A stretch of 64,000 nt of DNA from Spizellomyces punctatus DAOM BR117 (Eukaryota): assembly GCA_000182565.2 (NCBI GenBank), contig KQ257450.1; one strand, written 5' to 3'. The translations under genes and the position numbers were made by a program. This document shows positions 63,801 through 64,000 of the stretch, piece by piece; the first letter of the stretch is position 1; every line of letters starts with the position of its first letter. Below the pieces are notes generated by a model that had not been told where the DNA came from, ran no database searches, and worked only from the letters and a program-made list of their open reading frames with translations.

Positions 63801-64000
63801 TTCTGTCGATTGGAATTTTGATTTTTCAAGACGATTTGCTAGCTTCTCGTCCCTGCACTTCCCTTCGGACGAATCGCGACTGTGCCACTTGCAAGGCTTT
63901 GAAGATGCAAGTTGCAGCTGAACACTTTGGGCTGTTTTCTTCCTTTGATGTCGGGCGCCTGGGGCTTTCGATCTTTGAATAGCAGATATCTCAGCGTTGG

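Noticed and set aside
1-64000. CRISPR arrays, rRNA, spliceosomal snRNAs, U12-type introns
   Set aside because: No repeat-spacer periodicity or diagnostic snRNA/rRNA motifs were seen. The introns I resolved are GT-AG without the RTATCCTT minor-class donor (by-eye scan, not exhaustive).

Overview
Gene-dense, intron-rich eukaryotic DNA with short GT-AG introns (mostly about 50-90 nt) and AATAAA in several 3' UTRs. The gene content mixes fungal-type genes (GCN1, CTF18, YSH1, IML2, PUS3, SYM1) with animal-like genes (SETD7, Topors, HDAC6-type ZnF-UBP, a tandem cNMP-binding protein). This suggests an early-diverging, probably chytrid, fungus (inference). I can support about 28 protein-coding loci, one initiator tRNA-Met and one decayed, internally deleted LTR retrotransposon. 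There is no CRISPR array or rRNA. The most striking signal is intron 3 of the 3'-end endonuclease gene YSH1/CPSF73. It is unusually long (271 nt), its 5' splice site lies in a hairpin, it contains AATAAA plus a GU/U-rich element, and its reading frame has no stop until past that signal. This is the layout expected for negative autoregulation by intronic polyadenylation and non-stop decay. Other highlights are an SH3-septin fusion, a SETD7 orthologue, a stand-alone HDAC6-type ZnF-UBP protein and an Atg13-HORMA-like/Atos protein. Exon boundaries were read by eye, and family assignments come from remembered motifs, not database searches.
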